Origin: Hemiscyllium ocellatum
Taxonomy: Eukaryota
Assembly (NCBI RefSeq): GCF_020745735.1
Contig: NC_083407.1
Span: 35,145,857 to 35,209,856, forward strand
Direction: 5' to 3'
DNA length: 64,000 nt
Below the pieces are notes generated by a model that was given only the letters and a program-made list of their open reading frames with translations, had not been told where the DNA came from and did no database searches. The position numbers were made by a program, and so were the translations under genes. Shown piece by piece: positions 61,777-64,000 of the stretch (its first letter is position 1; each line of letters begins with the position of its first letter).

Positions 61777-62283
61777 GTTTTTTCCTCATATGTCCCGTGA
61801 TTCCAAGCTCTTTACAAACTCAAAGTGCCAGGTACATAATATTAAAGGAATAGAAGTATGTTCTCTTGAGACTGCTCCATCTTTCAATATGATTATTGTT
61901 AATTTTGCTTAATCTGCTTTTCCATCTGCTGTCCAAATCCTTTGCTTTCCAAGTTCTGTTTATCACAATCTGAATATACTCAACAATAGTGGAATTATTA
62001 TTCACTAAAAATCTGGAGTTATGAGTCTAATGATGATCATCAATTCATTGTTGATTGTCAGAAAAACTCATCTGGTTCACTCATGTCCTCTGGGTTGTAG
62101 AATGCAGAATTCCAAACATTCCAAAAGCAGAATTATCTCCTTGTCTAAACACTAAATAAAATGCTGAGACTGTGCTTTCACGTTTTGGATTCCATGCCCA
62201 GGAAAGATCAAATCCTTTCAGTATCTTGTATTGATTTAAATCAATCCAAGCTCCAAGAACTTCACTCACCCTTTCACCAGAGG

Positions 62284-62499
62284 TGAAAATGTGTTGCTGG
62301 AAAAGCGCAGCAGATCAGGCAGCTTGCAAAGAGCAGGAGAATCGACGTTTCGGGCATGAGCCCTTCTTCAGGAATCCTGAAGAAGGGCTCATCCCCGAAA
62401 CGTTGATTCTCCTGCTCTTTGGATGCTGCCTGACCTGCTGCGCTTTTCCAGTAACACGTTTTCAGCTCTAATCTCCAGCATCTGCAGTCCTCACTTTCT
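62284..62499. mobile_element. Palindromic Penelope pLTR insertion with two back-to-back hammerheads: 62340-62375 (-) and 62373-62408 (+)
   Basis: 14-bp TSD CCTTTCACCAGAGG at 62270-62283 and 62500-62513; 90-bp arms around 62374. Confidence 0.92.
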
Positions 62500-62584
62500 C
62501 CTTTCACCAGAGGGCCTTCCTTCCAGTCCAGAAATTATTTGAGTGAAATTTTGCTGTACCAACAACAATGCATGTGTATGGGGA

Positions 62585-62925
62585 AGAGAAGGCCTGGTGG
62601 TATTATCGCTGGACTGTTAATCCAGAGATCTAGGCCATGTTCTGGGGACCAAGGTATGAATTCCGCCATCGCAGATGGTAGAATTTGTATTCAATAAAAA
62701 TCTGGAGTTATGAGTCTTCCAATGATTATCAATTCATTGCCAATTGTCAGAAAAATCCATCTGGTTCACTAATGCCCTTTAGAGAAGGAAACTGCCATCC
62801 TTATCTGGTCTGGACTACATGTGACTCCAGATCCACAGCAATGTGATTGACTCTTAACTGCCCCCTTGAATGGGTTATAAATGCTGGTTTAGTCAGTGAT
62901 ACAATCATCCCACGAATGAATAAGG
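62585..62925 (+). mobile_element. Deu-domain SINE (SacSINE1-like)
   Basis: tRNA-like head, core CCATCTGGTTCACTAATGCCCTTTAG...TGTGACTCCAGA, tail ATAAATGCTGG...GAATGAATAA. Confidence 0.75.
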
Positions 62926-63729
62926 AAGAAAAAAATGCTTCTTTACATATGGAGAATCAAACTGCACACAGTACACCAGGCGTTGTCTGACAAAAGTCTT
63001 ACATAATTGTAGAAATAAATACTGAATCTTATATGCCAATTTGTTTATACCAAAGGCTGCTCTGTTACTGCATTACTGATTGTCTGTGGTACCGTCCATT
63101 AACTTTCTGTGTTACTTACACTTGTGCACTAAGTGTCTCTGAACATCAGAAATTAGACATTTCATACTATTTTTAAAAGACGTTGTTTTCTTAGTCTTAC
63201 AATTAAACAGATAATTTCACACCTATGTTCCATCTACACCTTTACTTTCTACTCACAAAGTAATCCATATCTCTCTCTGGTCTTTGTGGAAACCTACATT
63301 TTCACCTAACGAGGAAACATTGGAGACATTGTGCTCAGTCCCTTTATCAAAGTCATTGTTATAGATTGTAGATGGTTGAGACTCTGAAATTCATCCAAGT
63401 AATACATCACAATACAGCTACAAATTTGAAACTGTCCTGTTAATCTCAATTTTTCACTTCCTTTCCATTCACCAATCCTCCATCCATGGTGATGTAATGT
63501 TAAACACTGTATTAAAATTTTCAAGTATGATTTCGCTTTTGAACAATTATATTGACTCTGTCTGATCATTATGATTTTGTACATGCATTATTAAGAGTTC
63601 CTTAACAGTAGATTCTAGTATTTTTACAAAATCTGATATCAACTAACTGGCCTGTCGATCATTGTTTGCCAAAACCATTCTGAAATTTTGAGAACTTTAA
63701 AGAATCATATCCTATCAGTGAATCCATTG

Positions 63730-64000
63730 GGGTAGCAATTCCTCCTATTTGGCCTCTTTGAAAAACATCCCACCTTGACCCAGCCCTCCCACCTGTAATC
63801 CTGCATGAAGTTTTTACCATGGCAAATCCACCTGATTTGCATATGTCCCCGTGCACTATAGGGCAATTGTTTTTTCAGCATGGTCAATCCATCTAAGTTG
63901 TACATCTTTGGACTGTGGGAGGAAACCAGATTACCTGGAGGATACCCACGAAGACAACCATGAGAGTGTGCAAACTCCACGCAAACAGGCACCTGAGGCT
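63730..64000 (-). mobile_element. Older HE1-type V-SINE, cut by the window end
   Basis: CATCTTTGGACTGTGGGAGGAAACC...GTGCAAACTCCAC. Confidence 0.8.

Noticed and set aside
62005-62090. Direct repeat with 62696-62777 as a specific local duplication
   Set aside because: Both are pieces of the abundant Deu-SINE core, so shared family origin is sufficient.

Overview
Eukaryotic, intron-dominated vertebrate DNA. The repeat content (HE1-type V-SINEs, HER1/CR1 LINEs, Deu-domain SINEs) points to a shark or other elasmobranch. The only host gene is on the + strand: five internal coding exons (26590-26730, 31920-32045, 33854-33985, 55759-55893, 55985-56114) of an LDL-receptor-related protein. They encode the end of a YWTD propeller, an EGF domain and the start of the next propeller, and best match LRP1B. 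All splice sites are GT/AG and the phases join into one reading frame. The rest is intron packed with retroelements, and almost every ORF in the track is a LINE or Penelope fragment or its antisense shadow. The most notable non-obvious content is a set of Penelope-like (RT + GIY-YIG) insertions carrying at least 13 recognisable minimal type-I hammerhead ribozyme motifs from two families, plus traces of a third. These include: ~130-bp ribozyme-only insertions with target-site duplications (TSDs), one inside the polypyrimidine tract of an LRP1B exon with a dead catalytic core; head-to-head palindromic double-ribozyme insertions; a young copy whose 5' end is an 8x33-nt reiteration of its own RT coding sequence; a twin-priming-type inversion; and a Penelope-CR1 chimera. 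There is also a tandem array of tRNA-like SINE heads and a LINE whose 5' end is a tRNA/Deu SINE head. Repeat boundaries were read by eye and are approximate unless a TSD is given. Family names come from recall, not from a database search.
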